Shown piece by piece: positions 1-11,970 of a DNA stretch of 64,000 nt. Numbering within the stretch: the stretch's first letter is position 1; the number at the start of each line of letters is the position of its first letter. The notes under the pieces were generated by a model. The model did not search any database. It had not been told where the DNA came from and was given only the letters and a program-made list of their open reading frames with translations. Position numbers and translations under genes: made by a program. The stretch comes from Octopus sinensis (taxonomy: Eukaryota), in contig NC_042997.1 in the NCBI RefSeq assembly GCF_006345805.1, forward strand, positions 197,842,001-197,906,000, in the 5' to 3' direction.

Positions 1-585
1 TATATATATGTATATACACAGACACATACACACACATATATATATATATATATCACACACGTACACGCAAGCACACACATACACGTATATCTGACTGAAT
101 GATATGCAGTGAATAATTGTGCGTGTGTATATATATATATACACACACACGCTATACATGTCAGGAATTCCATGTCTGTTCCAATTTTCTTCCCGTGTTT
201 CTTATACATTTTCCATTCATACTCACCTGATTTACAGGTGTCACACTGACTCCATTCATCAACTCATGTTTTTGTTTTATATTCATTCGCTTTCCACTTC
301 GTTCATTCATTTTATCATCATCTATTTACAGAGAGAGAGTAAATAAATTTGCTACAATTCGTTATAAAACGCCTTCGCTCATTAGTTTTAATCAAAGTTG
401 AATTCATATTTTATCGCGGTTTTCTTACGCATCGCTTATTCCATGCGCATACGATATGTATATATACGTGCATCTTTCTCTCTCCCTCTTCTCCGTCTCT
501 CACCGCATCTCTCTCTCTCTCTCTCCCTCCTTAATCTCTTTCCATTTCTCTATGTGAAAGCGAAGAAGCCGATAACTTAGATGAC

Positions 586-1005
586 TTTACTCTTTACTCT
601 TTTACTCTTTTACTTGTTTCAGTCATTTGACTGCGGCCATGCTGGAGCACCGCCTTTAGTCGAGCAAATCGACCCCGGGACTTATTCTTTGTAAGCCCAG
701 TACTTATTCTATCGGTCTCTTTTGCCGAACCGCTAAGTGACGGGGACGTAAACACACCAGCATCGGTTGTCAAGCAATGCTAGGGGGACAAACACAGACA
801 CACAAACATATACACATACACTTATATATATATACATATATACGACACGCTTCTTTCAGTTTCCGTCTACCAAATCTACTCACAAGGCATTGGTCGGCCC
901 GGGGCTATAGCACAAGACACTTGCCCAAGATGCCACGCAGTGGGACTGAACCCAGAACCATGTGGTTGGTTAGCAAGCTACTTACCACACAGCCACTCCT
1001 ACGCC
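586..1005 (-). mobile_element. tRNA-derived SINE, family A (CORE-like, octopus OK/OR-type), full length
   Basis: Minus strand begins AGGCGTAGGAGTGGCTGTGTGGTAAG (A-box like), then GGTTCAGTCCC (B-box like), CTTGGGCAAGT (CORE-like), an internal TA/TG tract and an (AAGAGT)n tail. Many copies in the window. Confidence 0.9.
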
Positions 1006-1029
1006 TTTGTCAAATTTTATCTTGTAAAA

Positions 1030-1185
1030 AGTAGTTGCAGTGTGATACGGAGTTCGTTTCCCAACCACATGGTTAAGGGTTCAGTCCCATTGCCTGACAC
1101 CTCGGCAAGTGTCTTCTACCTCAGTTCGACGAAAGCCTTGTGAGTGGATATAGTAGACAGACGGAAACTGAAAGAAACCTGATAT
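1030..1185 (+). mobile_element. SINE family A, diverged 5' fragment
   Basis: ccaaccacatggttaagggttcagtccca...ggcaagtgtcttc...gacggaaactgaaagaa matches the family A 5' half. Confidence 0.7.
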
Positions 1186-1196
1186 ATCAATATATA

Positions 1197-1617
1197 AGGC
1201 ACAGGAGTGGCTGTATGGTAAGTAGCTTGCTAACCAACCACATGGTTCCGGGTTCAGTCCCACTGCGTGACATCTTGGGCAAGTGTCTTCTGCTATAGCC
1301 CCGGGCCGACCAATGCCTTGTGAGTGGATTTGGTAGACGGAAACTGAAAGAAGCGTGTCGTATATATGTATATATGTATATAAGTGTGTGTGTATATGTT
1401 TGTGTGTCTGTGTTTGTCCCCCTAGCATTGCTTGACAACCGATGCTGGTGTGTTTACGTCCCCGTCACTTAGCGGTTCGGCAAAAGAGACCGATAGAATA
1501 AGTACTGGGCTTACAAAGAATAAGTCCCGGGGTCGATTTGCTCGACTAAAGGCGGTGCTCCAGCATGGCCGCAGTCAAATGACTGAAACAAGTAAAAGAG
1601 TAAAAGAGTAAGAGTAA
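1197..1617 (+). mobile_element. SINE family A, full length
   Basis: Near-identical reverse complement of 586-1005. Confidence 0.9.
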
Positions 1618-1754
1618 TATATATTGATAGAAATGGTAAAACAACAAAAGAATGAAAGAGATCTCGATATTATGTAAACAGAGGAATTTATCTCTGTGTC
1701 AAAAAAAAATGTGACAAAATGTAAATGTAATATGTGACAAAGATATAGGCCGAA

Positions 1755-1891
1755 TAAGCCTAGTACTTATTCTATCGGTATCTTTTGCCAAACCACTAGG
1801 TTACGGGGACATAAACACACCAACATCGGTTGTCAAGCAATGATTGGGGCACAAACAGACACACAAACACACACACACACACACACACATA

Positions 1892-1969
<78 letters not shown>

Positions 1970-2120
1970 CGACGGGCTTCTTTCAGTTTCCGTTTACCAA
2001 ATCCACTTACAAGGCTTTGGTTGGCCCGAAGCTGTAGTAGAAAACACTTGCCCAAGGTACCATGCAGAGGGACTGAACACAGATTAATGTGGTTGGTAAG
2101 CAAGCTACTTACCACATAGC
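1755..2120 (-). mobile_element. SINE family A, 3'-truncated, with internal CA/CT/TA expansion
   Basis: Matches the family A reverse complement. Confidence 0.8.
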
Positions 2121-2421
2121 CAAGCTTGCATCTATAGATACACAAACCGAAACCTGCCAAGATGTACTTGGCATGTAGGTGTCCAGTGCTCCGTTCTTGT
2201 ATTGGATTTGTAGCGCAAGTAAATGCGTCATAAACGTAGCCATCATATGGCAGCTTAAGTGGCTGAAATGTTTCTCAATCATGCAATGGTTACGACTCGA
2301 GACTTGTATATAGGGCGCTTGGGTACACTTTGAGTAATTTGTTGGATTTCTCGTTTATTGTAGCAATAGTGACCATTATACTTCCCATTCTTGCCTAAAT
2401 CGAAGACCTGCACTGATACAT

Positions 2422-2707
2422 AATTTACATTATTTACATTATTTACATTCGCCGGATACTTGGCCTCATCTTGTTTGTTGTTAACACAACGTTTCGGCTG
2501 ATATACCCTCCAGCCTTTTTCAGGTGTCTTGGAAAATTTTCGAACCTGGGTTCTCATTCCTAAGGTATTTCCCCAAGACACCTGAAAAAGGCTGGAGGGT
2601 ATATCAGCCGAAACGTTGTGTTAACAACAAACAAAATGAGGACAAATATCCGCCGAATGTAAATAATGTAAATAATGTACATAATTCCTTATCTCTTAAA
2701 TATAGAA
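2422..2707. mobile_element. Palindromic Penelope-like (pLTR/retrozyme-type) insertion carrying two inverted hammerhead motifs
   Basis: Direct repeat CTGCACTGATACAT at 2408-2421 and 2708-2721 (TSD). Arms of about 107 bp at 2426-2532 and 2573-2679. Confidence 0.7.
2577..2622 (+). ncRNA. Minimal type-I hammerhead-like motif (G8A variant); mirror copy on - strand at 2483-2528
   Basis: gacac-CTGAAAA-a-ggctg...cagcc-GAAA-C-GTT-gtgtt: helix I gacac/gtgtt, helix II ggctg/cagcc, palindromic AACGTT helix III. Confidence 0.6.
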
Positions 2708-3089
2708 CTGCACTGATACATTTTCAAAACTTGAACCAGTTTCCAGATCGGTACCGGAACCAAGACTTTTTATATGTAGCAGAGAATATTTGAGTTCTTA
2801 TGGATTACACTGTAACACAGTTACCCCTTTGTCCGCTTGTGGGTTGGTATTGGAGCCAACCCAAGGGTTTCTTTAACCTAACATCCTACACGCTAATATA
2901 GCCCTATGAACTTCGAGTTCCAATTTACTTAACATCTTTCGAAGTTTCTAAATTCTTATGATTCTTGTGGGCCACAGTGTAGCTGGCTTTCCCCACTTTT
3001 TCCATGCACCCCCCTCACCAACGAGCCCCGATGCGGCAAAACCTTTGTTTGGTTACTCGCCGACAATCTGAAAATTCTCTCACATGTGT

Positions 3090-4510
3090 CTTCCACATTC
3101 ATTAAGAAACATTTCCTGATTTCCTTCTAGTTCGCCAATCAATGTTTTGTTATCCTTCTTAGCCATTGTGGATCTTGCTACAAACCTATGCAATCCCGCA
3201 TCTATAGGAAATACCCTACATTGTCATTCTCCAGTATCGTATGATTCCGTAAACCCTTCGTATTCTACGCTTTTCTTTTCATGGCCCCACCACTATATTG
3301 CCTTTCTAAGACCTCAGCTCAACAATCAGAACATTTTATGCCCTATTACACGATGCCATAAGGACAGTGGGATCTTTTCGGTTTGAACGGCAGTTTTTCT
3401 AGCGGTGTCATATAAAATTGTCACCCATAATTATGACCCTAGTATCGATCTATTGCGTTTCAATCTGTTTTAGTGTTAGGGTTAAGGTTAGGGGGTATCT
3501 TTTTTTCTTCAGAAATGTAAATAAACCCAATCTGTTTCTTAAACGAGGGACATATTCATACGGCACAGAATGTTTTTTTTTACCTCAATAGACGTCAGTG
3601 ATTGGTTGAAATTGCAGAAATTGAAGAAAAAAGCAACAACAAATATCTTACAAACTATAGAATTTTCTCAATAAAGCCAAGAGAAAAAGATGTTTTATAA
3701 ACATATTCTACCAGTATACGAAGTTTAAAAGTGTTTAGTTACGTGGAAATTATTTTAAAAAACTGCCGTTCAAACCGAAAAGATCCGGACAGTGTTGCAT
3801 TGTATTACTTATATGCGTCCAGATCATACCCTCACCAGAATGTAAAACTTCCGCACCAAATGATATTCAGGTGTTCCGTTAACGACCCACTGTCTGATAG
3901 GAAGCCGTGCAGTACTCCCGGGGAGAATTGCAATCTTGTTGGTTCTATTTTCCTCAACATAGCCTATGATAATATTCTCTGCTCAACTCTCCTCCCTGCT
4001 TCTTATATGCATTGACTTTCTAATTCTACTTCTTTTCGTTGCTTACTCCTCTTATGAATTATGTATTACCTCTTGCAGTTCCCAGCTACCACGATGTCTT
4101 TCACGAAGATATCTTCGTCGAGGTACTTCCCATCCGCGTGGTTGTCTCTATCACGCCAGTTTTCAACCACCAAGCTATAGCCATCAGGGAAATTCCTGGT
4201 TACCAGCTTTACTTCTTCGTGGCAGTTTGCAGACACTGGGCTCTCTAAAGTAATTTCTAGAATCCCAAAGCTCCTCATTACAGAACCATTAGGTTCTCTT
4301 TGCTGCATTACATTCCAGCCACCAGACTCTTTTTACGACTATTTCCAGCCACCTGTTTCTCTTCGCTACATCAGTCAGTCTTCAGTCACCAAACTGTCAC
4401 TGTTTTAGCAATTTCCATCCAACAAGCTTTCTTCGCCACGCAAATTCCTAACCGTGGTATTTTCCGTCATGGATATCCCCAGGAACCATGCTGTCTGTAT
4501 TCGCCACGTT
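3090..4510 (-). mobile_element. Highly degraded HERO/NeSL-like non-LTR retrotransposon 3' part (restriction-like endonuclease), interrupted by a MITE
   Basis: Frameshifted minus-strand translation gives VLIVEL, HEKKSVEYEG, CRVFPIDAGLHRFVARS and GGWNVMQQR. These resemble the ELTVPWE...ERK..KY...PIEVGCRGFV motifs of the HERO clade. Confidence 0.5.
3370..3786. mobile_element. MITE with 29-bp perfect TIRs and 8-bp TSD (Merlin/hAT/P-type TSD length)
   Basis: TIR GGATCTTTTCGGTTTGAACGGCAGTTTTT at both ends. TSD GGACAGTG at 3362-3369 and 3787-3794. Internal TTAGGG-like tract at about 3470-3495. Confidence 0.9.
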
Positions 4511-5034
4511 AGATCTCAGTCATAAAGCTGTTTAAACCTTGAGGTTCTGAAACCGGCTGGAATAGAATTAATGAAAGAACAAAACCTACTATTTGCATCC
4601 ATAAAAATAAATCACACGAATACATTATATGCATTGACACTTTGCATTCTTCTTTCAGCTCCATTATATATAAATATGTGAATATTGAGGCATTCACGTA
4701 AAACAGCTTTATATATTTCATACTGTAATTTTAGTTCTATCCTTCCATATTTACCTCAGACTAACTGTCTACCCTTTTACTTATCCATTGTTTCTTTAGT
4801 TCCTCCGTTCATCTCTCTATTCTTCCATCTTTTCACTCTTCACTCTATTTGATTATTCTTCCAACTATTTCTCAGCCCTTCTGTCTATTCGTCCACATTG
4901 CAATACATTTTTCAGTCCATCTAACCATCTAACTTAATATCTTTCCCTCATTTCTTCTGTCCATCTCTCTCTATCCCTTCGTCATTCAATCTGTCTGTCC
5001 TTCCATCCTTTCATATTTACTTCACACCATATAC

Positions 5035-5159
5035 CTTCCTTCCTTCCTTCCTTCCTTCCTTCCTTCCTTCCTTCCTTCCTTCCTTCCTTCCTTCCTTCCT
5101 TCCTTCCTTCCTTCCTTCCTTCCTTCCTTCCTTCCTTCCTTCCTTCCTTCCTTCCTTCC
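5035..5159. repeat. (CCTT)n microsatellite
   Basis: Direct reading. Confidence 0.95.
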
Positions 5160-5244
5160 AGTTAGTCTTCTATCAAATATTACATCCTTATTTCTGATTC
5201 TTGTATTTACCGTCTATTCTGCCATTCTACATCCACGTAAAATT

Positions 5245-5382
<138 letters not shown>

Positions 5383-5398
5383 TTTGTCCATAGCTATA

Positions 5399-7210
5399 CT
5401 ATTTTTCTTTGATTTTCAAAGAGATATTTATATTTGCAGGGCTGATAACCCCTACGACGGCACATACCTTTGCCCCTCTGTCCCAAACAACAATATCCAA
5501 CCTGTTATGCTTACATTTGACAGAAGTTTTGATGGGAACATTCCACCAGTATTCCTTGAGTTGGTGTTTATGAATGTATTCCATAATAGAAGGATTATCT
5601 AAGTTTAATTTCAGGATAGCGTTTTTTGCAGATGGCATTGTCAATTATTTTAGCAACATCATCGTGCCGAATAGGGAGATAGTACCGTGACGACATTTTA
5701 GGACAGCTTCTAATCACATGTGTGATGTATTTCACAGAAACATGACATGCACATGCAATTGCACCTTGGGATTACAAGAGCATCACTGTCTCTCTTGTTC
5801 ACCAGGTAATTTGTGGCAATCTCCTGTTCCTGGATTGCAAACGCATAGCCTTCAAAGTCTGATGTGATGTAGTAGTCTTGTGTGCAAGAGAGGTTGCGCT
5901 TCGTGTCAATTCTACTGTCATCTTCAAGTTTCCTGGCAACATACCCATGTATAGTCTTTTTTTCTATATGCTGAGTTCTTTGCAGGTCTTCTCTGAGGTA
6001 AGAGAGCCCAGCTGTTTTGGGGCTGTATAGGAGATCATCAGGAAGAGAGTGTTCCTTAAGGAGTTCATTGCCAACTCGTACAATGTTCCTCGCTTCACTT
6101 TTCAGGATTACATTAATATATTTGTTTTTGCTGCTATTTCTTAAAAGTTGCTGCCTGAGTGAGACCAAACAGCATTCAAAAGCTGTCTGCACTGATCTGA
6201 GGCCTCTACCACCTTCATTTCTTCTTAGGTAGAGTCTGTCAACATCACTGTTTCTGTAGAGGTTCTCTTTTGTTGTCAGGATTTAGTGGGTTTTGATATC
6301 TTTGGAGTGGATTTCCTCTAAAGACCAATCAAGTATCCCAAATGTTGTGAGAGGAGAGTTTCAGCTGCCATATTTTCTTAAATCTGGTGTAATATTCTCA
6401 GGCCACTCTATCTTTATTCACAACGTATTGATGATGCATTTTCGTCTATGCCTAGATACTTGTAACATTCTTTTTGTGGAATGGGGGAGTTAGAGAGGCC
6501 GTTGATGCACAGGTTTTGGGTTTGAGGGACTGACTTTCTTCGTTCTATAAATAAATATGAGCTTTCGTTTGGTCAAATTCCATGACTATATCAGCTGAAA
6601 ATGTTGATATTAATTCCAGTTATTTTTTGACATTGTTAACACTTTTAACATAAATCTTCAGGTCGTCTACAAAGAAATTATGAATTACATTGATATTTCT
6701 GGCAGTTGAAGATCCTAGCATGTAACCATTTGTTTTCTACAGTAGGAACGATAATGGATTCAGTGTCAAAATGAAAAGAAGTACAGAAATTCTATCTCCC
6801 TGGAATATTCCCTTTGTAATACCTATACAATTAGAAGCAATTTTGCTGTTGTAAGGGTAAGAATAGTTGTCCATGTCTTTGTGAGTCTCTCTATAGCAGC
6901 AATTAAGGTAGTAGGTATCCTTGCCAGATATAGGCACTTCAACAGCCATGAATGAGGGATAGAGTCGAATGCCCTCTTATAGTCAAGCCATACTGTCACA
7001 AGGTTTCTGCGCTGTTTTCTTACTTCAGACAGTACAGCTTCGTTTATTAAAAGTTGTTCGGCACATTCCCACACTCCCTTCTTTCCCACCAGCCTGTTCA
7101 TCAGTCACAATGTAGTTCGACTCACAATGATTTTGAGGAATTGTTTGAGGCAACTTGTGTACAATTTGTACATAATGTTTGGGTCTGTAGTTTCCTGCCA
7201 TCTCGGTGAT
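5399..7210 (-). mobile_element. R4/Dong-clade LINE fragment (RT, Zn-finger, REL endonuclease), frameshifted
   Basis: AGNYRP; EQLLINEAVLSEVRKQRRNLVTVWLDYKRAFDSIPHSWL; GIFQGDRISVLLFILTLNPLS; NFFVDDLKIY; EGYAFAIQEQEIATNY; KHNRLDIVVWD. Confidence 0.9.
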
Positions 7211-7214
7211 TTCA

Positions 7215-8651
7215 TTGTTGGCAATTTCCTACCCAACTAATTTATTTCGCATTGAATTCCATCACCAACTGTCACAGTATTATACAGAGATTGATGCCAT
7301 ACAACTGATAGGTTACAGACCAAATCTTGAAAATTATATTGTTTCCCAGATTTCATTTAGTACAGCCCTTACTTCACCTACCGCCATTCAAAGGGATTCT
7401 TTCACTGAAAGCCTGTTCATCAGTCACATTGTAGTTCGACTCACAATGATTTTGAGAAATTGTTTGAGGCAATGGATGGAAGTTATTTTAAACTATTACC
7501 GCAGGAAATACTATTTTTCTTGTTGAACTACCTGTATGTTTACTTTCGCAAACTTGCAAGTATCTTAGAGATAGTACGCATGATGCTTTCCTCTGGACAA
7601 AAGTCAATTAAAATCCATATTGGTACAAGGTGTCTGATAAAACTTTAAATAGTTTGGTTTCAAAATGTAAAAAAGTTGAATAAATTAGATGTCTCATGGT
7701 GTAATGTAACAGATTTAAGCCTGGAAGAACTTCTCGTTACCTCTAGCACCAACCTGATATGTTTGCGGTTAGCATGCTGTGATTTTATAACTCTGACCTC
7801 TCTGCAAATATTTATTTAAGGCCTGCCCAAATTTGGAAGAATTAGATTTGCAGAATTGTTCTGGAACCAACTGCAATGAATTTAAGTATATTTGTCGACT
7901 TGAGCATCTTGAGAATTTCAGCTTATATATATTTTTTTTACTACCCACAAGGGGCTAAACATAGAGGGGACAAACAAGGACAGACAAAGGGATTAAGTCC
8001 ATTACATCGACCCCAGTGCGTAACTGGTACTTTATTTATCGACCCCGAAAGGATGAAAAACAAAGTCAACCTCGGCGGAATTTGAACTCAGAACGTAACG
8101 ACAGACGAAATACCTATTTCTTTATTACCCACAAGGGGCTAAACATAGAAGGGACAAACAAGGACAGACATAGGTATTAAGTCGATTATATCGACCCCAG
8201 TGCGTAACTGGTACTTAATTTATCGACCCTGAAAGGATGAAAGGTAAAGTCGACCTCGGCGGAATTTGAACTCAGAACAGACAGACGAAATACGGCTACG
8301 CATTTCGCCCGGCGCGCTAACGTGTCTGCCAGCTCACCGCCTTCATCTCAACTTATATAATACGACTATCACGAGTCCTGCTATACTCCAATTACTGAAG
8401 GGTTGTTTGAAGCTGAGAGTGCTGAACGTCGGCAGCTGTTTCATGGTTGAAAACTATGATAAAGTTGCTGAATATATCGCAAAATATTCAAGATGCTTTG
8501 AATGTTTAGACTTTTGGCGAGCACGTTCCCTCAGTAGTAATGGACTCATTGCTATAATTAATAACAACGATATGTCTCTTCAGGAATTAGATCATGGATA
8601 CGTTCGTTCCTTGCTGTCTGAATCTGGTTGTTTTATAGAATTAGCCCGAAA
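7215..8651 (+). pseudogene. FBXL4: Intronless, truncated FBXL4 (F-box/LRR protein 4) retro-pseudogene with frameshifts and stops, split by a SINE
   Basis: PTNLFRIEFHHQLSQYYTEIDAIQLIG matches FBXL4 PTNLIRLE...YYTELDAV; F-box YFKLLPQEILFFLLNYL; NPYWYKVSDKTL matches QPYWAKLDDTSL; LRRs ACPNLEELDLQNC, GSCFMVENYD, LDFWRARSLSSNG, SESGCFIELA. Confidence 0.85.
7930..8345 (-). mobile_element. SINE family C (Meta-domain-like), internally duplicated body, inserted in the FBXL4 pseudogene
   Basis: Head AAGGCGGTGAGCTGGCAG; central cctttcatcctttcggggtcgataaa..agtaccag. TSD tcagcttatata (7918-7929) and tcaacttatata (8348-8359). Confidence 0.85.
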
Positions 8652-8906
8652 ATATGTGTGTATGTATGTGTGTGTGCATATATCTATAGGTAGGTGTTTC
8701 TTTGTGTTTGTCTCCACTCACGGATTAACTACCGGTGTTAATTTGTTAAAGTCTCTATAACTTAGAAGTTTATTGAAAGGAAAAGATTGAATAGGTTCCA
8801 GACTTAAAAAATAAATGTTCACCTAAAATCCCTTAAGGGGATGCTCGAGTATGGCCACAGTTTATTGACCAGAATAAGTAATGAAATCTGATAAAAGGTG
8901 AACTTA

Positions 8907-9416
8907 CCGTATTTACTCCATTATAAGTCGCAGCCTTCATCTAACTACTCCCACATTTTGCGGTGCAGTTTAACCAAAACCGGGTATCTTATAGTCGTGA
9001 TTCATATCGATCCCTTCTGGGTATTAGCGCGCATCTACGATGAGTCTACGATTTAAAAAAAAAATTACCATCATTTTTTTCCATTTTAATGCATTTTTTC
9101 GCTATTATATAAGGGAAGTAACTCTCTAAAAATGTCTACGATGAGTCAACAATTTAAAAAAAATTTACCATCATTTTTTTCCATTTTTAATGCATTTTTT
9201 TGCTATTTTTTGGCTATAACTCTCTAAAAATGCTTATATAGTTATTTCCCTTACAAACCCGAGCAACGCCGGGCGATACTGCTAGTTTAATATAAAAATG
9301 GCTCCAAATATTTCTCCTTTTATAGTTTTACGTTTTGCACCGTGTACAAGTCGCACTCAAGATTTTTCTGTTGAAATCAAGTACAAAATAGAGCAACTTA
9401 CACACCAGTAGACACG

Positions 9417-9417
<1 letters not shown>
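8907..9417. mobile_element. Degenerate Tc1/mariner (pogo-like, CCGTA-ended) MITE interrupted by a Helitron
   Basis: Left end ta-ccgtatttactccattataagtcgca; right end gcaacttacacaccagtagacacgg is an imperfect inverse. Confidence 0.5.
8941..9285 (+). mobile_element. Non-autonomous Helitron, family H1, 5'-truncated
   Basis: 3' hairpin cccgagcaacgccggg followed by cgatactgCTAG-t; about the same sequence as 19840-20237. Confidence 0.85.
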
Positions 9418-9457
<40 letters not shown>

Positions 9458-9504
9458 AAGAAGTCGGGCAGCGTTACAGGCCTGCGGAATTGAAGTAGCA
9501 CATG

Positions 9505-9935
<431 letters not shown>

Positions 9936-9944
9936 TATATATAT

Positions 9945-10307
9945 GTGGAAGCACTCAGTCGGTTACGACGACGAGGGTTCCGGTTGATCCGAATCAACGG
10001 AACAGCCTGCTCGTGAAATTAACGTGTAAGTGGCTGAGCACTCCACAGACACGTGTACCCTTAACGTAGTTCTCGGGGATATTCAGCGTGACACAGAGAG
10101 TGACAAGGCCGGCCCCTTGAAATACAGGTACAACAGAAACAGGAAGTAAGAGAAAGTTGTGGTGAAAGAGTACAGCAGGGATCACCACCATCCCCTGCCG
10201 GAGCCTCGTGGAGCTTTAGGTGTTTTCGCTCAATAAACACTCACAACGCCCGGTCTAGGAATCGAAACCGCGAGTCCGCTACCCTAACCACTGGGCCATT
10301 GCGCCTC

Positions 10308-10308
<1 letters not shown>
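9945..10308 (-). mobile_element. SINE family B (tRNA-derived, tail type 1)
   Basis: Minus-strand head GGAGGCGCAATGGCCCAGTGGTTAGGG..GGTTTCGATTCC; near-identical to 39735-40123 and 60408-60795. Confidence 0.9.
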
Positions 10309-10363
<55 letters not shown>

Positions 10364-10509
10364 GTGTGTATGTGTGTGTGTGAGTGTGTGTATATATCCT
10401 TTACTTGTTTCAGTTATTAGTCTGGATACCAGCTTGGGGAGTTTTAGTAACATTAATCGACCCTAGCCCTTATTTTCTTTCATAATTGGTACTAGAGAAA
10501 CGGGAACAT

Positions 10510-10555
<46 letters not shown>

Positions 10556-10853
10556 GTACAAACACAACTATATACATGTGTGTGTATGTATTTTTCTTTG
10601 TTTTCTATCACCGCTTCACAATCTGTGTTGGTTTGTTTACGTTCCTGCCAGCTAACAGTTTGGAAAATGAGTCTGCTGTATTAAGTAACAGGCTTCAAAA
10701 ATCGGGAGACGAGTGGCAACACTTCCATGTTGCATGCTTGAACAATTGTGAAGATCTCCATACAGGAAACCATTGGATGCCTTATTCACCCACAAAAAAA
10801 GAATAACTATCCACCAGTGCGGTATCGAGAATTCATTCTCACTATTGGTAAGC

Positions 10854-10905
<52 letters not shown>

Positions 10906-11234
10906 ATGTATATATATATATATATAGATATATATGTGTGTGTGTGTGTGTGTGTGTATGTGTGTATACGACGTTTTGTCTAGGTATTGCCTGGCTAATC
11001 CTTGTTTAGCGAACTTTTGCAACATTTATATTTCATTTGTGAGACGCTACTCGTATTAAGAAAATGCTATTCTGTAAATGTGAGTGTGTGTATGTGTGTG
11101 TGTGTTTATGTATGTGGATAATTATATGTAACTGCCTGCCCCACCTCACACATATATTTTATCTTTTATCTTTTATGGGTTTCAGCCAGAGGCTGAGGCC
11201 ATGCTGGTACAGCTGTTAAAACTGGTGTGGGTGG

Positions 11235-11420
11235 CGCTTTCCAATTCGTCAACAAAAACTTAGCTATATGCTTACAACCACTAAAAATTTCGGATCTAGA
11301 TTTCAGCAGTGTGTTAGAGTTCTTAGTCTTGAAAAAGATTTGAGTTCTTTCAGTTACGCATAGGCTACATTTTTTTTGATCCGTTAACATATGGTATGAA
11401 TTTTTCGACTATGTTTCACT
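11235..11420 (-). mobile_element. Penelope-like element, C-terminus of the GIY-YIG endonuclease region
   Basis: KKCSLCVTERTQI...LLKSRSEIFSGCKHIAKFLL fits the PLE CxLC...LLNxRSE...CRH motif. Confidence 0.7.
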
Positions 11421-11449
11421 TTATTGTATGTGGCGTGAAGTTCGACTTC

Positions 11450-11803
11450 AGACCCCTTATGTAGCTGTATCCGGGGATTTTTCCAGTATTGCTTCAGGTG
11501 AATTAGCGAGTTGGACGTTGCCGCTCTTCTTTGTGCCTCCTCTGAGTTCATCCGAAATTGCAGATAAAAAACTGTCTAGACGTTTTTTAAAGACTTCCAT
11601 GTCTACACCTTGCAGATCCCTGATGTTCTGTGGTAGAGCATTAAAAAGTTGTGATCCTTTGAATCCCAAACTATTACAATATTGGGTTTGTATCCCCAGT
11701 TCGGGGATTGTTGTAGATTTCGATTCTGAAATTTGGAGCTAGACCGTCCATTATTTTCCATATGTATAGCACTGTATAGTTTTTCACGTCTCCTCTCCAA
11801 GCA
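11450..11803 (-). mobile_element. CR1-group LINE ORF2 3' end fragment
   Basis: LERRRE..YIWKIMDGLAPN; GFKGSQLFNALPQNIRDL...FKKRLDSFL. Confidence 0.75.
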
Positions 11804-11811
11804 GTATATAT

Positions 11812-11855
<44 letters not shown>

Positions 11856-11920
11856 AAATAAAATGCAATAGCAAAGTCAAGGCAGTGTGGAATTTCTAGG
11901 ACATTTATAAAGAGAACGAT

Positions 11921-11970
11921 AGTCTTACGAGTGTTTCAGGGATATGAGGGACATTCCTTCATCAGAGACG
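11921..11970 (-). ncRNA. Minimal type-I hammerhead ribozyme with an intact catalytic core
   Basis: gtct-CTGATGA-aggaat(loop)atccct-GAAA-C-actc-GTA-agac. Confidence 0.7.

Noticed and set aside
777-1438. Recurring ORFs such as RHASFSFRLPNPLTR and MVVIPAVLFHHNF
   Set aside because: They are antisense readings of multicopy SINEs.
8266-8760. 164-aa LRR ORF as a functional gene
   Set aside because: It starts inside a SINE and ends in a microsatellite; upstream FBXL4 parts have stops and frameshifts.
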